In this document: in pieces, positions 26,193 through 40,208 of the stretch | Layout: the number at the start of each line of letters is the position of its first letter | Position numbering within the stretch: the first letter of the stretch is position 1 | Assembly: GCA_951406725.2 (NCBI GenBank) | Contig: OX597815.1 | Coordinates: forward strand, 210,056,001-210,120,000 | Reading direction: 5' to 3' | DNA length: 64,000 bases | Origin: Octopus vulgaris | Lineage: Eukaryota | Notes under the pieces: generated by a model | What the model was told of the DNA's origin: nothing | The model's database searches: none | The model's input: only the letters and a program-made list of their open reading frames with translations | Made by a program: the position numbers and the translations under genes

Positions 26193-26410
26193 TTGAGCGA
26201 AAACACCTAAAGCTCCATGAGGCACCGGCAGAGAGAGGAGGTGGCGACCCCTGCTGTACTCTTTTGCCACAACTTTCTCTTACTCTTTCTTCCTGCTTCT
26301 TGAGTAATGCTGCGATGGACTGGCGCTCCGTCCAGCTGGGGGGAACACATATGCCATAGAAACCGGGAAACCGGGCCCATGAACCTGGTTAGGCTTGAAA
26401 GGGACGCATA
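26193..26410 (+). mobile_element. SINE family E body and tail (headless)
   Basis: AAACACCTAAAGCTCC..CACAACTTTCTCT..GCGATGGACTGGCG..CCGTCCAG..GAAACCGGGAAACCGGGCCC matches 46403-46705 and 37890-37990. Confidence 0.8.
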
Positions 26411-28105
26411 TACAAAAAAGATTTTTAAACTTTACTCTTGTGTTTTCCATTATCATCGACATTATATCATTATCACTTTTACAACGATCATCATAATGAC
26501 GGTCATTGTGTTCTTGTTCTCAATCGTTGTATCATTTATTACGTCCGTAACTGAGGTTGCCTACTTCTTACTAGTTGTTATTTGTAAATTAATCTATTCG
26601 TTGATGTATAGAACCTACCTTTTTAATTTACTTGTATATGTGTATATTACACATGTACCTATACCTGTCTTATGTTGGGAAGAGTTACCTCTATCTATTT
26701 CATCCATACTATTAATATATTCTTATTATATTCGCATATGCATATCACACAATGCATTTGTAACACAATGTGGATCACAAGTTTTGCGTCAAGTTGTGCC
26801 AACATTTTAAGTCAGTTAATTTGTCATTTAGTGAAATAAGCAGAATGTATTTTATATTTTAAGACGGTGATTAAAAAATGAAATCTATAAATTGTATGTA
26901 AAGAAATTATGATGATATGTATGATCTGTTGGATTTAGCTTCTAATAGCATTGAAATTAGTTGAAACTTATCTACAAACTGTCTAGGAGATTATTTATCC
27001 AATTAGAAAAGCAACATTTAATATGAATACAAAAAAAATTGTTTATAAACTTTCTTCATTTGTAAATCAAATCAGCTTTGTGAAAAAGAATTATTAATTG
27101 TCAGTTGGAGAAGGTAGGAATAGAAATTTTTATTTGAAATATTATCGCTTACTAATGATACTTATGTTCTTTTTTAAGTGTGTAGATACATTCGAGGGAG
27201 AAACACATACATTGAGCAGATTTTAACAGTTGAGGTAATATGTAGAAAACACGAATTATTAGAAACAGCGAATTGTGGAGCATATACCATGACAACAGAG
27301 ATTTTTCAGTAAAACATAGTTATAGCTTTCTCTCTAACACGACTTAATCCGAGAAGTAAAGGGCTTATGGTCAGTCAAAAAATCTATCCATTAGTTGTAT
27401 AATATTATATATATAAACGGTTCACTATATAGACAGACGTCAATAAAACTCGCGAATATTTCAAGTATTCATTAAAGTTATTATTTCCATTGAAGTGATA
27501 TATTTGTTCTCGCATACGTGTAGAAATTATTTCAAACATATATCAAATGAAGAGAATGTCAAATGAAAATGTATTTGTAATATTAATTCTAGATGTAGGT
27601 AATCTTTTAAAACATATACGTCGTTCAAAATGAATGAACAAAAATAATTCTTAAAAGCCTCGATTTCCAGAAAAAGATATTGCGTAAGAAAATTTTATAG
27701 ACTACTAAATATAAATAAAAAAAGACGTGTTTAAGGTTGATAGGCCATTGCTGCGGAGGTTTGCAGCTTTAAGTGTTGTAAACTCTTTGCTGAAATTGAG
27801 ATTTGACTATTCAAGTGAAAAAGAGAACAAGTTCACTTCAAATTCACTAACTCGGTTTTTTTCTTTTTAAATATTTACTTTGCTTCTCAACCTCTCTCGT
27901 GTTACCTATACCTATTTCTTCTTGATAATGCACGAAGACTACAATGCTATGCGCTCCCCATCAATTGCAGCCAGTTGCTCCGACAAACATGATGGAAACC
28001 GCTGGTGATTTTCACACGGCATTTCCCAGTAAAATTTTGTCACATTTTCCAAATAATAAAAATGGCTGCAACATATACTCCTCGTGGTAAACTTGTACTC
28101 AGATG

Positions 28106-28164
<59 letters not shown>

Positions 28165-28168
<4 letters not shown>

Positions 28169-28346
28169 CAGCAAATGGAAAACAATGGATGGAATATACG
28201 AGAATTTATGATAAATCATAATTGTTTCGACACATTTTAATGAGTTGTATTTATTTATCCACCCAAGAGGAATCGATGCTAGATGTGTCGAAACAATTGT
28301 CGTGAATTCTCGTATATCCTATCTTCTGTTTTTCAGTTGCTATATA
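28165..28346. mobile_element. Inverted PLE-like fragment with partial hammerhead (3' half only)
   Basis: Imperfect inverted arms TATACGAGAATT..ATTGTTTCGACACAT / ATGTGTCGAAACAATTGTCGTGAATTCTCGTATA; GAA-ACAATTGT-C motif; adjacent to (TA)n. Confidence 0.5.
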
Positions 28347-28521
28347 TACCTAACTATCACTTTGAAAGTGACTGTGTTTTACCAGTAAGCTACCAGGTGT
28401 AAACCATTCGTTTTATTATATATATATATATATATGGATAGATAGATATGCATATATATATGGGGGTTGTGTTTAATTAAATATATATATACGTGTATAT
28501 ATGTATATATGTATATGTTAT

Positions 28522-28621
<100 letters not shown>

Positions 28622-29458
28622 GATAGATATATGTGTGTGTGAGTGTATATACACACACACTCACATAAGTTTTAGTTTATTTATGAGAGAGGAAGTGTCT
28701 AATAAATACATTTTGCAACATACGTAGATTTAATTTTAACAATTTTTCTTTTATTTTCTTTTGTCTCGTGACTCGAGTGTCACGTCACTGCTTTCTCCAG
28801 GCGACATAGAATTTCTCTCATTTCTTTCTCATTTTATACACCATAAAGTTTGTAGGTTTTTTTTTTTCGGTTCTCCTTCTATTACCTTTACATTTGATTT
28901 TGATTAGACTTCAGGGATCGTTTTCTGCGAGTGTCTTTATGCCGTAGGTTTCTAATGATATTTTTAGGGCACTGACTATACTTTTCGTCAGATCCTTTGT
29001 CTAATATAGTGTTTGTATCATATATTCATTCGACCTTGTTGCTATTGTGATCTACGTCGATTTATTGTTTTGATGTCTTTTGATTTTGCCACAGGAAAGT
29101 GCTTGGTCTGTTTCTGATACCCTGTTATTTTCCTTTTTTCTTTTAGCTCTGATTTATTTGTTTTGGATTGTTGTTATCTTTCTTAAAATACGCACCAGGA
29201 ATTTTTACTTAACCTATGATTTGTTTGTTGGTATTTTTATATTCTGCTTATCACATAACAATCCTGTTCAACGTTGTTGTCTAGAAGGTTTTCCTTAAAG
29301 GGTAAATTTTCTTGCTAAACATCTTTGTTCATGTGATTGGCTACATTGTCAGTATTATTGTCAGTGAGAACAGGTCTTTCGACGTACATCAGTAAAATTT
29401 TATGCTTTTAAATGAAAGGAGAGTTCGGTCTTGTCGATGAAGAAGACTTTTTAGACCT

Positions 29459-29505
<47 letters not shown>

Positions 29506-29811
29506 AAAATATGTATACACGTAAATGGTGAATAACCAAAATAAGCGCTCAGCACCGCATTCGGTTTCCTTCTATGTCTCCAGTGTCCTGTGTTTTTCCC
29601 AACTTTGTCCCTCCATCGATTCCAAATTTTATATCGGAATTTATGGCAGCAACTGTCATAGAAGACACGTATTGTCGTTGAATGCTCGAAAGGGTCGTTC
29701 TTTGTGTTTCCTTGTCCTTTTTTCATGGTTTCCTCTCGTTGTTTACGTATTTAACTCGTTTGTCTTTGTATTTCATGTTGTTTACACAGTCGGTGACGTT
29801 CTGTACCCATA

Positions 29812-29882
<71 letters not shown>

Positions 29883-29985
29883 TTAATCAATATAGGGTGG
29901 CAAAAAAAAATTTTGTAGAATTCTTTTGCCACCAGCGGCCTAGTGGGAAAAAATTAAATAGTCATAAACCATTTTTAAGTTCAAC

Positions 29986-30225
29986 ATCACAATCAAGGAA
30001 CGGCCATAATAGGCCATTCACCCACTAGAAATAACAGCCAAAAGCTTTAACCGCAAAATAACATCAATTCCGTAAACCAGGAGAAAATTAAAAGAAAATT
30101 AAAAATTTACAGGGTAAATGTTTTTTAATTTTCTCCTGGTTTACGGAATTGATGTTATTTTGCGGTTAAAGCTTTTGGCTGTTATTTCTAGTGGGTGAAT
30201 GGCCTATTATGGCCGTTCCTTGATT

Positions 30226-30230
<5 letters not shown>
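29986..30230. repeat. Perfect 108-bp inverted repeat with 29-bp spacer
   Basis: 29986-30093 is the exact reverse complement of 30123-30230; abuts (TA)n. Confidence 0.92.
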
Positions 30231-30292
<62 letters not shown>

Positions 30293-31279
30293 ATATATTA
30301 TCTATATTATTATTTAATTGAACGCCAAGCATCCGTTTCCAAGTAAGTTTATACATATATATATCTATAATTCATATATATAGTAACTATATCTCTCTGT
30401 GTATCTATATATGTGTATGAGTGCGAGTGTTTAGGTTATAATATATCATGCTTGGTTAGATCTCTGTTCCCGCAATTATATAACAATATCTGAATGAATG
30501 TGTTTACACAGGGCTAATATTTAATTCTAATTTGCCAACCATATTGCATGCAAGATGTTTTAAAAGCTTAGTAACTGTTACTCCACTATCTTTGGTACAT
30601 CATCATAGCAATCGTTTTTGCAAATAAAATTATTGATGTTTTTTTTATCAAATGTGCTGTGTCTCATAGGGAAAGCTTTAGTTTGCAGAAATATATAAAC
30701 AAACGGAAATAATATGAATGAGACCTTCTACATTCATACGGCATAATCTACATATTTTATTACGGCGACGAAATTTGAAGTCATCGTTATCTCTCATGAT
30801 GATGAACTATATACTATAGCTACTTGAAAATGTTCTTCGATTGCAAAAGCCTTCTCTTGGAAATACGATGGACCTGGTACACTCAGCCATGCGGGATATA
30901 CCAATACATAACATTTTTGCCGGTATGAGGAGTATGTCCCTTAAGGATGAGTCCAGCTTTTGATGAGTCATATGAAAGCACTATACGATGAGAGCTTCTA
31001 CTAGGGAGTAGATATACGTTTGTGTTTACATGTGATTGCATGTATGTATATATGAATATATGTATGTAAAAGCATATATATATATACATATATATATATA
31101 TGTATGTAAAAGCATATATATATACATATATATATATATGTATATACATACGTATATATATATAATGACATAATGCATACACACACATTAGACACACATA
31201 TACTTGTATATGTTTATATGTTTACATGTATATATATCCAGTTCTATCTATCTACCTATCTATCTATCTATCTATATAT

Positions 31280-31335
<56 letters not shown>

Positions 31336-31530
31336 TTATAAATAACGCGTAATTTCAAATATGCATACGTACTTGCATTTAGCATACGTATCAGCTCATA
31401 TAATCAGAAGATGATATTATTTAAAAATACATTTATTTGAGTTTGTATAGCCACTCTGCTTGTGTGTGCAGGTTTAAGCTCGTGTGTTTTTATGAGGGAG
31501 AGTTAATGAATATAATATATAAAAGCCTGC

Positions 31531-31606
<76 letters not shown>

Positions 31607-31983
31607 ATGCGCAGTTTTGCTCACCTCACCATATTAGTGTGTGTGCATGCGTGCGCGCGTGTGAATAAGCTAAATTGCTTAATTTATATATGTTGCGCAT
31701 TGTTTGTAGAAGGAATAGTTGAATTGATGAGGGTGTTCGTGCAGGTGTGTGTTGAATGGGAAATTAACGGCGACAGTGACGTTAAATACCTGTCGTCTCC
31801 CAAAACAGAGCATTGGAGGATACATGGGCGGAGATGATAAGACGTTTGTAGCCAGATACTTCTTAGTTGCAACTGGTGGTTACAGACATGAGAGTAGCGG
31901 CAATAGGAGGACATTTAGAGCAGAATATCATTTCTCCTCCTGCCACATTTCTACTGAATCACGTTAATGCAAAACTCACATAG

Positions 31984-32014
<31 letters not shown>

Positions 32015-32139
32015 TGCATACATTCAAAAACGCCTAACACACGTCCATACACACATAAGAAACACTCTGAAACACATATGTCTACGCGCTCATGAATGTA
32101 TGTATGTATGAATGAATGCATGGATATATACGTATGTAC

Positions 32140-32212
<73 letters not shown>

Positions 32213-32415
32213 TATATACATGTACATGTATATATATGAATGTATATATAATACATAAGGACATATTATGTATACATATATATATATATAATACATATAT
32301 GCATTATGTATGTATATATATATACACACATATATTATTTATGTGCATACACACACATATATATATATATGTATATATATATATGTATATATATATATGT
32401 ATATATATGTATACG

Positions 32416-32449
<34 letters not shown>

Positions 32450-32485
32450 TGTATATATATGTATATATATATATATGTATGTATA

Positions 32486-32557
<72 letters not shown>

Positions 32558-33101
32558 GCCATTTATACAATGTATAGTTGATGTTTCACTCCAGATGGAG
32601 GAGGTATAGTGGGTGGAGCTCACGTATGATGCAGGAGATTAGAGAGAGAGAGAGAGAGAGAGAGATGAGAGGGAGGCGGTAAGTAAAAAGGAGGTGAGTT
32701 TAAATAAAACAACCTCACCACCACCACCACGACCACCACCAGCATCGCCTCTAGAACCGCCGACACCACCAGCTTCCTCACACTCACCATCATCATCATC
32801 ATCACATCACCACTGCATCCACTTGCGCATGCATGTGCACATACTTCACAAATACGTGGAAAGACATGTATCAAATGTTATGAAGGCGTTTGAGAGTTGG
32901 AGGAGAAGATTATAGTAATAAGCAAGTGTGTGTGAGAGAGAGGGAGAGGTAGAGAAAGAGAGAGAGAGAGACAGACAGACGGAGAGTGTGTGAAAGAAAG
33001 AGAGAGAGAGAGAGATATCGTTTGCTACAAGTAATAATGTACGCACTATTGTATTCAGGTATGTCATACTTGTATGTGTGTGTGTATATATATATAAATA
33101 A

Positions 33102-33145
<44 letters not shown>

Positions 33146-33186
33146 AAGAACAATCTTACTTAGAAATGGATACGTGCGTTCTGTCA

Positions 33187-33268
<82 letters not shown>

Positions 33269-33281
33269 AAAAAATATATAC

Positions 33282-33312
<31 letters not shown>

Positions 33313-33635
33313 TGAATAATATATTTATACATACGCAAACACACCCATATATATATGTATGTACACGCGTACACGCACACTTACACACATGTATATATAT
33401 ACATATATAAAATTCATACACTTACTAAATACATGCATAGGCACATAAACACATGCACACACGTAAACACACACACGCATACACGCGCACACAGTTTATT
33501 GAATGGGTGCTTGTAATAAATTAGAAAGTTTTGAGATTCAAAATACAGAGAAAGGTGAAGAAATAGTTGCCAAACATTCTTAGACTAAAACACGCGTGCA
33601 CATACACATTAAGACACATGAACGCACACTCGCAA

Positions 33636-33671
<36 letters not shown>

Positions 33672-33673
33672 AA

Positions 33674-33716
<43 letters not shown>

Positions 33717-33861
33717 TAAATATATATATTCATATATGTATATATATATTTATATATATATATATATAATTATATTAATAAATATATATATTCATATATG
33801 TATATATATATATATATATAATTATATTAATAAATATATATATTCATATACATATATATAT

Positions 33862-34246
<385 letters not shown>

Positions 34247-34277
34247 TATATATATATATGCGTATACTTATATATTG

Positions 34278-34467
34278 TTTTTACTTGTTTCACTCATTTG
34301 ACTGTGGCTATGCTGGAGCACCGCCATACTTCGAGCCAATCGACCACAGGACGTATTCTTTGTAAGCCTTGTGCTTATTCTATCGGTCTCTTTTTGCCGA
34401 ACCGCTAAAGACATCAGCATCGGTTGTGAAGCGATGGTCGGGGACATACGCAGACATAGAAACAAAT

Positions 34468-34544
<77 letters not shown>

Positions 34545-34680
34545 TACGGCGGGCTTCTTTCAGTTTCCGTCTACCAAATCCTCTCGCAAGACTTTGGTTT
34601 CAAGGTTCCATGTAGTGGGGCTGAACCCGGAACCATGCGGCTGGTAATCAAGCTACTGCCACACAGCCACGCCCACGCCT
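34278..34680 (-). mobile_element. SINE family A, diverged with deletions
   Basis: Match to the family A consensus. Confidence 0.85.
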
Positions 34681-34706
34681 ATAAAAATAAACACTGTCAG
34701 AGTATT

Positions 34707-35008
34707 CAGTTGTATATTTAAGATATGAGGTATTATTTACATTATTTACATTTGACGGATATTTGTCCTCATCTTGCTTGATGTTAACACAACGTTTCGG
34801 CTGATATACCCTCCAGCATTCATCAGGTCTCTTGGGGAAATTTCGAAACTGGGTTCCCATTCCTAAGGTGTTTTTTCGATGTTGTTGTTGTTATAATTAT
34901 TACTATTATTATCATTATTATTATTATTATTATTCAGGTCACTGCCTGGAATCGAACTCTGGAACCTTGGTGTTAGTAGCCCGAGCTCTTAACCACTATG
35001 CCATATGC
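34707..35008 (-). mobile_element. tRNA-headed, hammerhead-bearing short retroelement (full-length monomer)
   Basis: Minus strand: GCATATGGCATAGTGGTTAAGAGC..GGGCTACTAAC..GAGTTCGATTCC (box A/B), then (TAA)n, body, HHR and 3' end ..CTTAAATATA. Confidence 0.8.
34786..34831 (-). ncRNA. Hammerhead motif (core intact, stems slightly decayed)
   Basis: GAGAC-CTGATGA-A-TGCTG(gagggtatat)CAGCC-GAA-ACGT-T-GTGTT. Confidence 0.7.
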
Positions 35009-35118
35009 GTATCAATTTATGCCTGTGTATATAAATATATATATATATAAGCAAATATATGGCTGTATGTATATGTGTGTATGTGTGTATATGTGTGTGC
35101 ATGTATATGTGTTTGTGT

Positions 35119-35181
<63 letters not shown>

Positions 35182-35218
35182 GATATATATATATATATGT
35201 ATATACATATATATATAC

Positions 35219-35342
<124 letters not shown>

Positions 35343-36039
35343 GGATAGATAGATGCCCATACACATATAGGCACATATACATCATATACAGACAGACGTA
35401 GACAGATACGAACGCTCGCAATGTTATACGCAAACGATACCTGGGGTGAGGCGATGAGTAGAAGAATTTCGTGAGTATGGAGAAGTGAGAGGTTATTTGA
35501 AAGTGAAATAAGAAGTGTTACAAACGAATACATTTATGTATATGCATCGGCATATATACACACACATATAGACATCCACACACACACACACACATATAGA
35601 CATCCACACACACACATATAGACATCCACACACACACACACACACACACATAGACATTCATACACACACACTTATATACATGAAGACATATATTAACATA
35701 CACATACACGAACACATATAGCGTATATATGTGCGTGTTCATGGGTGTGTGTGCGCGTATGTATGCGTGTACATACATACATAAAGTTGTATACGTATAT
35801 ATATATATATACATGTACGCACACAGATTTATCGATGATAGATGACTACCCTTAGGGATAAATAGGAAAGAGATATAAAAGAAGTTCTTATGAATAACAG
35901 GTGGAAGTTAGTTATAATGGAAGAAGAGACACAAGCGGTAGCAGGTGATGAGGATGGAAAAATGAGAAGATATGAAGGAGTCGGGGAAGTAGGTAGGATA
36001 TGTAGAATGTTCAGAGTTAGATAGGTAGGCAGAGAAAAG

Positions 36040-36077
<38 letters not shown>

Positions 36078-36139
36078 GAGAGAATGAGAGTAAAAGTGAT
36101 TACATTTATCCACACACACGCCCAAACACATATACATAC

Positions 36140-36194
<55 letters not shown>

Positions 36195-36451
36195 CGTCAA
36201 CAGAAAGAAATATAGAGGAAATACTAAGGTGTCTAAGTAGTGAAAGAGAGAAAGATAGAACAGTGATGTAGTATAGCGCTGGAAAAAGAAATCGCCTCAG
36301 TAATACTGAGAAATAAAGAGAGATATATTAGGTATAGTGATATAGTGAGACGAAATTATTTATGATTAAGACAGATCAGTGTTTAGAGAAATCATATATG
36401 TATCTACCATACGCACATACAGACTCCTATGTATGTATGTATGTATGTATG

Positions 36452-36482
<31 letters not shown>

Positions 36483-36583
36483 GTATGTATGAATGTATGT
36501 ATGAATGTATGTATGTATGTATGAATCTATGTATGTACGTATGTATGTATGTATGTATGTATGTATGTATGTATGTATGTTTG

Positions 36584-36615
<32 letters not shown>

Positions 36616-37129
36616 AATCTATATATGTACGTATGTATGTATGTATGTATGTATGTATGCATGTACGTATGTATGTATTTATGTATGTATGTATGTATGT
36701 ATGTGTATGTATGTATGTATGTATGTATGTATGTATGAATCTATATATGTACGTATGTATGTATGTATATATATGTGTGTGTGTGCTTTAATATAGGTGT
36801 ATTAATATGCACATACATACATATATACATACATATATACATACATAGATACATGCATAGACACACACACACAAACACACAAAAACCTAAACACACACAC
36901 ACACACACACACATATCTATATATGCATATAGCGGAAGATGAGGATCAAGACCCTCTTTTTCTTTTTTTATGGAATTGGGAATGAGTATCAAATAAAATC
37001 AGACGACGTACTTGACTAATGCTGTATTTTAGAAATCCTGGTCTATGAAAACGAATACCGAACCTGACGGGGCTTTGAACTCAGAACGCCATAAATGAAA
37101 AACATCCCAACACACACACATACACACAC

Positions 37130-37163
<34 letters not shown>

Positions 37164-37369
37164 CATACAGACACACACGAAAGAAAAATGCCCACGCACT
37201 TAATGAAAAGATAGCTAAGCAGTTATGAATGGCGTTAATGCATTTATAAAACACTCTATAGAGAATAGTATAAAAACTATAAAAATTAAGTAGCCGACTC
37301 CTATCTATGTACTGTATCTTCCCTTCGAACGTCTCTGGATTTTAGGTATCTGGTCAGATGTTTTAAACT

Positions 37370-37698
37370 GGTCCTCCGTCAGTTACGACGACGTTCCATT
37401 TCATCTAATGAACTGAATAGCATGCTCGTGAAATTAACGTGCAGGTGGCTGAGCACTCCACAGACACGCGTATCCTTAAAGTAATTCTGAAGGAGATTCT
37501 GCGTGACACAAAGTGTGACAAGGCTGGCCCTTTGAAATACAGGTACTACTCATTTTTTGACAGCTGAGTGGATTGATGCAACGTGGAATAAATCGTCTAT
37601 CTCAAGGTTTTAAATTCACAACATCACGCCACCGGGAACTGAACTCACAACTTTTCGGCCGTGAGCCGAATACCCTAACCACAAAGCTACGCGTCTTC
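37370..37698 (-). mobile_element. Degenerate tRNA-derived SINE (D-like core, distinct tail)
   Basis: Minus-strand head GCGTAGCTTTGTGGTTAGGGTATTCGGC..GAGTTCAGTTCCC plus the shared CACTCAGCTG core. Confidence 0.75.
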
Positions 37699-37744
37699 TC
37701 CTGGTCTGATGTGACCATTAATTGTTTGTATGGATGATACGCGT

Positions 37745-38005
37745 GGAGGCGCGTGGCTTAATGGTTAGGGTATCAGCATCATGATCGTAAGATTGTGGTT
37801 TCGATTCCTGGACCGGCCGACGCGTTGTGTTCTTGAGCAAAACACTTCATTTCACGTTGCTCCAGTCCACTCAGCTGGCAAAAATGAGTAACGCTGCGAT
37901 GGACTGGTGTCCCGTCCAGCTGGGGAACACATACGCCATGGAAACCGGGAAACCGGGCCCATGAGCTTGGCTAGGCTTTAAAAGGGTGCATTTATTTATT
38001 TATTT
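37745..38005 (+). mobile_element. tRNA-derived SINE (D core plus E-type tail), (TTTA)n end
   Basis: TGGCTTAATGG box A, GGTTTCGATTCC box B, GCGATGGACTGG..CCCGTCCAG. Confidence 0.85.
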
Positions 38006-39140
38006 ATAGATGATACGCCAGTTTTTGACGCATTCAAACCCATTATAACTAAATACTATGCAATTTTGCGTGAACCTAGTATTATATTTTTCATAATATT
38101 CTCATGTGTGCGCGTATGCGTATGTATGCATATGGTCGTAAATGCATGTGTTTGCAATGATAACCTTAAAAGCATTTAAGCGACAAGAAATTGAAGATTT
38201 AGGAAGATAGATTAGGAAGTAATCAGATAGAATTTAGTTTCTGCCGACGGAGAGTTAAAAAGCCCGTTTTGCAACACGTTTGTTTTACTTTTCCCTGTGC
38301 GTCTAAGTTATATGATTATTATTTAGGGACTTAAGGCAGAAGAAGCGTTCGGAACTGCTCACGGGAATTGATCATCGTATGTGTTGTAAGCGTTTCCGAT
38401 TACTGCAGAGACGTTGAGCGAATTAAACTATCGAATTTGCACCTCTAAACGCTTAATAGCATTTGCCCTCTTTTGTATCACACGAGAATCGAAAGTTTAT
38501 GTACACACATGCACAGATATTATGTTTATTTTTGTGTATGTGTGTACGCATGCGTGGATGAATGTGAGAGCGTTTGTTTGAGTCTGTTTGAACGTCTGTG
38601 TTGATGGTTTTGTAATGCAATGCGTGTGAACTTATTGTCTGAGCTACCATTGTTTTCGCACAGTCGGCCTTGAGGCCTTGATTCATCTATAGAGTGTATG
38701 GAAGATATATTGAAATGATTTCTTTCCAAACTTCCGATTCCGTCTGATTTCATTAGTGTATATATGTGTGTTTGCATGTTGAGATGGATGGATGAATGTG
38801 TACGTGCATGGATCTGTCTATGTATGTATGTGTGTATACATATGTGTGCGTTGTGTATTAGGTAAAATAAACTGAGAGAACAAGGTTGAGAAAGAAAAAT
38901 TCTTATGAAAGTATATTTCGGTTTATGTAGATACTAAAAGGAGATAAATTTATAGATATATGCCTAGACGAAATTCTGTTCATAAATTAACGCAATAATT
39001 TGTAAGTTTAAGACAGAATAAAATGTGCGTATGGAGATAAGTTACTCTAGATTTACTTGAACCTAGTAAAACATAGCTGCAGTATATTTGGGACCAGAGA
39101 TGAAATATCAAATATGGGACCAGTAGCATATAACTACAGC

Positions 39141-39388
39141 GGCAGGCTGGAAGAAAGGCGGCGAACTGGCAGAAACGTTAGCACGCCGGGCGAAATGCGT
39201 AGAGGTATTTCGTCTGCCGTTACGTTCTGAGTTCAAATTCCGCCGAGGTCGACTTTGCCTTTCATCCTTTCGGGGTCGATAAATTAAGTACCAGTTACGC
39301 ACTGGAGTCGATGTAATCGACTTAACCCCTTTGTCTGTCCTTGTTTGTCCCCTCTGTGTTTAGCCCCTTGTGGGTAGTAAAAAAATAA
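39141..39388 (+). mobile_element. SINE family C monomer with 19-bp TSD
   Basis: TSD AGTAGCATATAACTACAGC at 39122 and 39388; 14 extra bases lie 5' of the head. Confidence 0.9.
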
Positions 39389-39663
39389 GTAGCATATAAC
39401 TACAGCAATATTAGTGGAATAACCAGCGCTGTCTTAAAACATGAGCACACTTGAAAATTATCCGAGCGTAAAGTTCTGATCTATGATTGTAGTCAATAAA
39501 TAATCACTATAGACCCACGGCATTGATTTGCGCGAAGACTGCTTTGGCTATAACTAATTATTGTAATAAATGCGGTTCCTTCTGCGAAGGGCCGTTAATA
39601 CAGGGGAGATGAACATCCCTCACAATATGATGTTGCTAATAACACGGTGGTTACACGACAATA

Positions 39664-40208
39664 ACTAGCGGAACCCGTGAGTATTTCATGCAATTAATGG
39701 TAAACTTATTGGGTTATTTCTGAAAAATTTTCCGAAAAGTCCTGAAAGTTTAGTCTGTGTTTTGTTTGTGTCAAAGGATAGTCGCTCATCTGCTACTCAT
39801 TGGGAAGTGAAGGAAATTGGAATACGATGATTACTTAATGCACTTTATATATACTTTTTATGAACTTCATGCAAAATCTTATAGACTTAATACACAACAC
39901 CCTCCCTCTTTCTCCCTCACTCTCCACCTTACCCTCTTTTGCTCTTTCATTTTTCTTTCGCTCTTCGCCTTTCCCATTCAACTAATCACGTGAAAGCATT
40001 ATAGATGGGCTAAGTAAGAGGGGGGGATTAGTTTTAAAAAATTACACATTTTCCTCACCCTCCTCCTCCCCTCCCACGTCCTCACCCCCACGTTCTCCGC
40101 TTCAACTAATCACGTGGAAGCGCTCAGACGGGCTAAGTCTGAACGCTTCCGCATAATTATTATAAGACTATATGGCACCGTGCCGTCAAAAATGACGGCT
40201 AATTGTAG
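39664..40208. mobile_element. Helitron-like non-autonomous element(s)
   Basis: ACTAGCGGAACCCG at 39664, ..TTATTATAAGA at about 40167, hairpin GCCGTCAAAAATGACGGC plus GTAG at 40182-40208; internal duplicated TTCAACTAATCACGTG..GGGCTAAGT. Confidence 0.45.

Noticed and set aside
26307-26810. 167-aa hydrophobic ORF
   Set aside because: Begins inside a SINE and continues in low-complexity AT-rich sequence with no motif
29640-29705. Possible hammerhead around GCTCGAAAGGGTCGTTC
   Set aside because: No CUGANGA box or palindromic stem III could be assigned
30958-30982. Hammerhead-like TTGATGAGTCATATGAAAGC
   Set aside because: No C3, no stem II pairing and no stem I/III complement
34937-35008. Functional tRNA gene (anticodon ACT)
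   Set aside because: No good acceptor stem and no adjacent T-run terminator; fused to a repeat body, so treated as a SINE head. The same applies to the heads at 8183, 37745 and 46640
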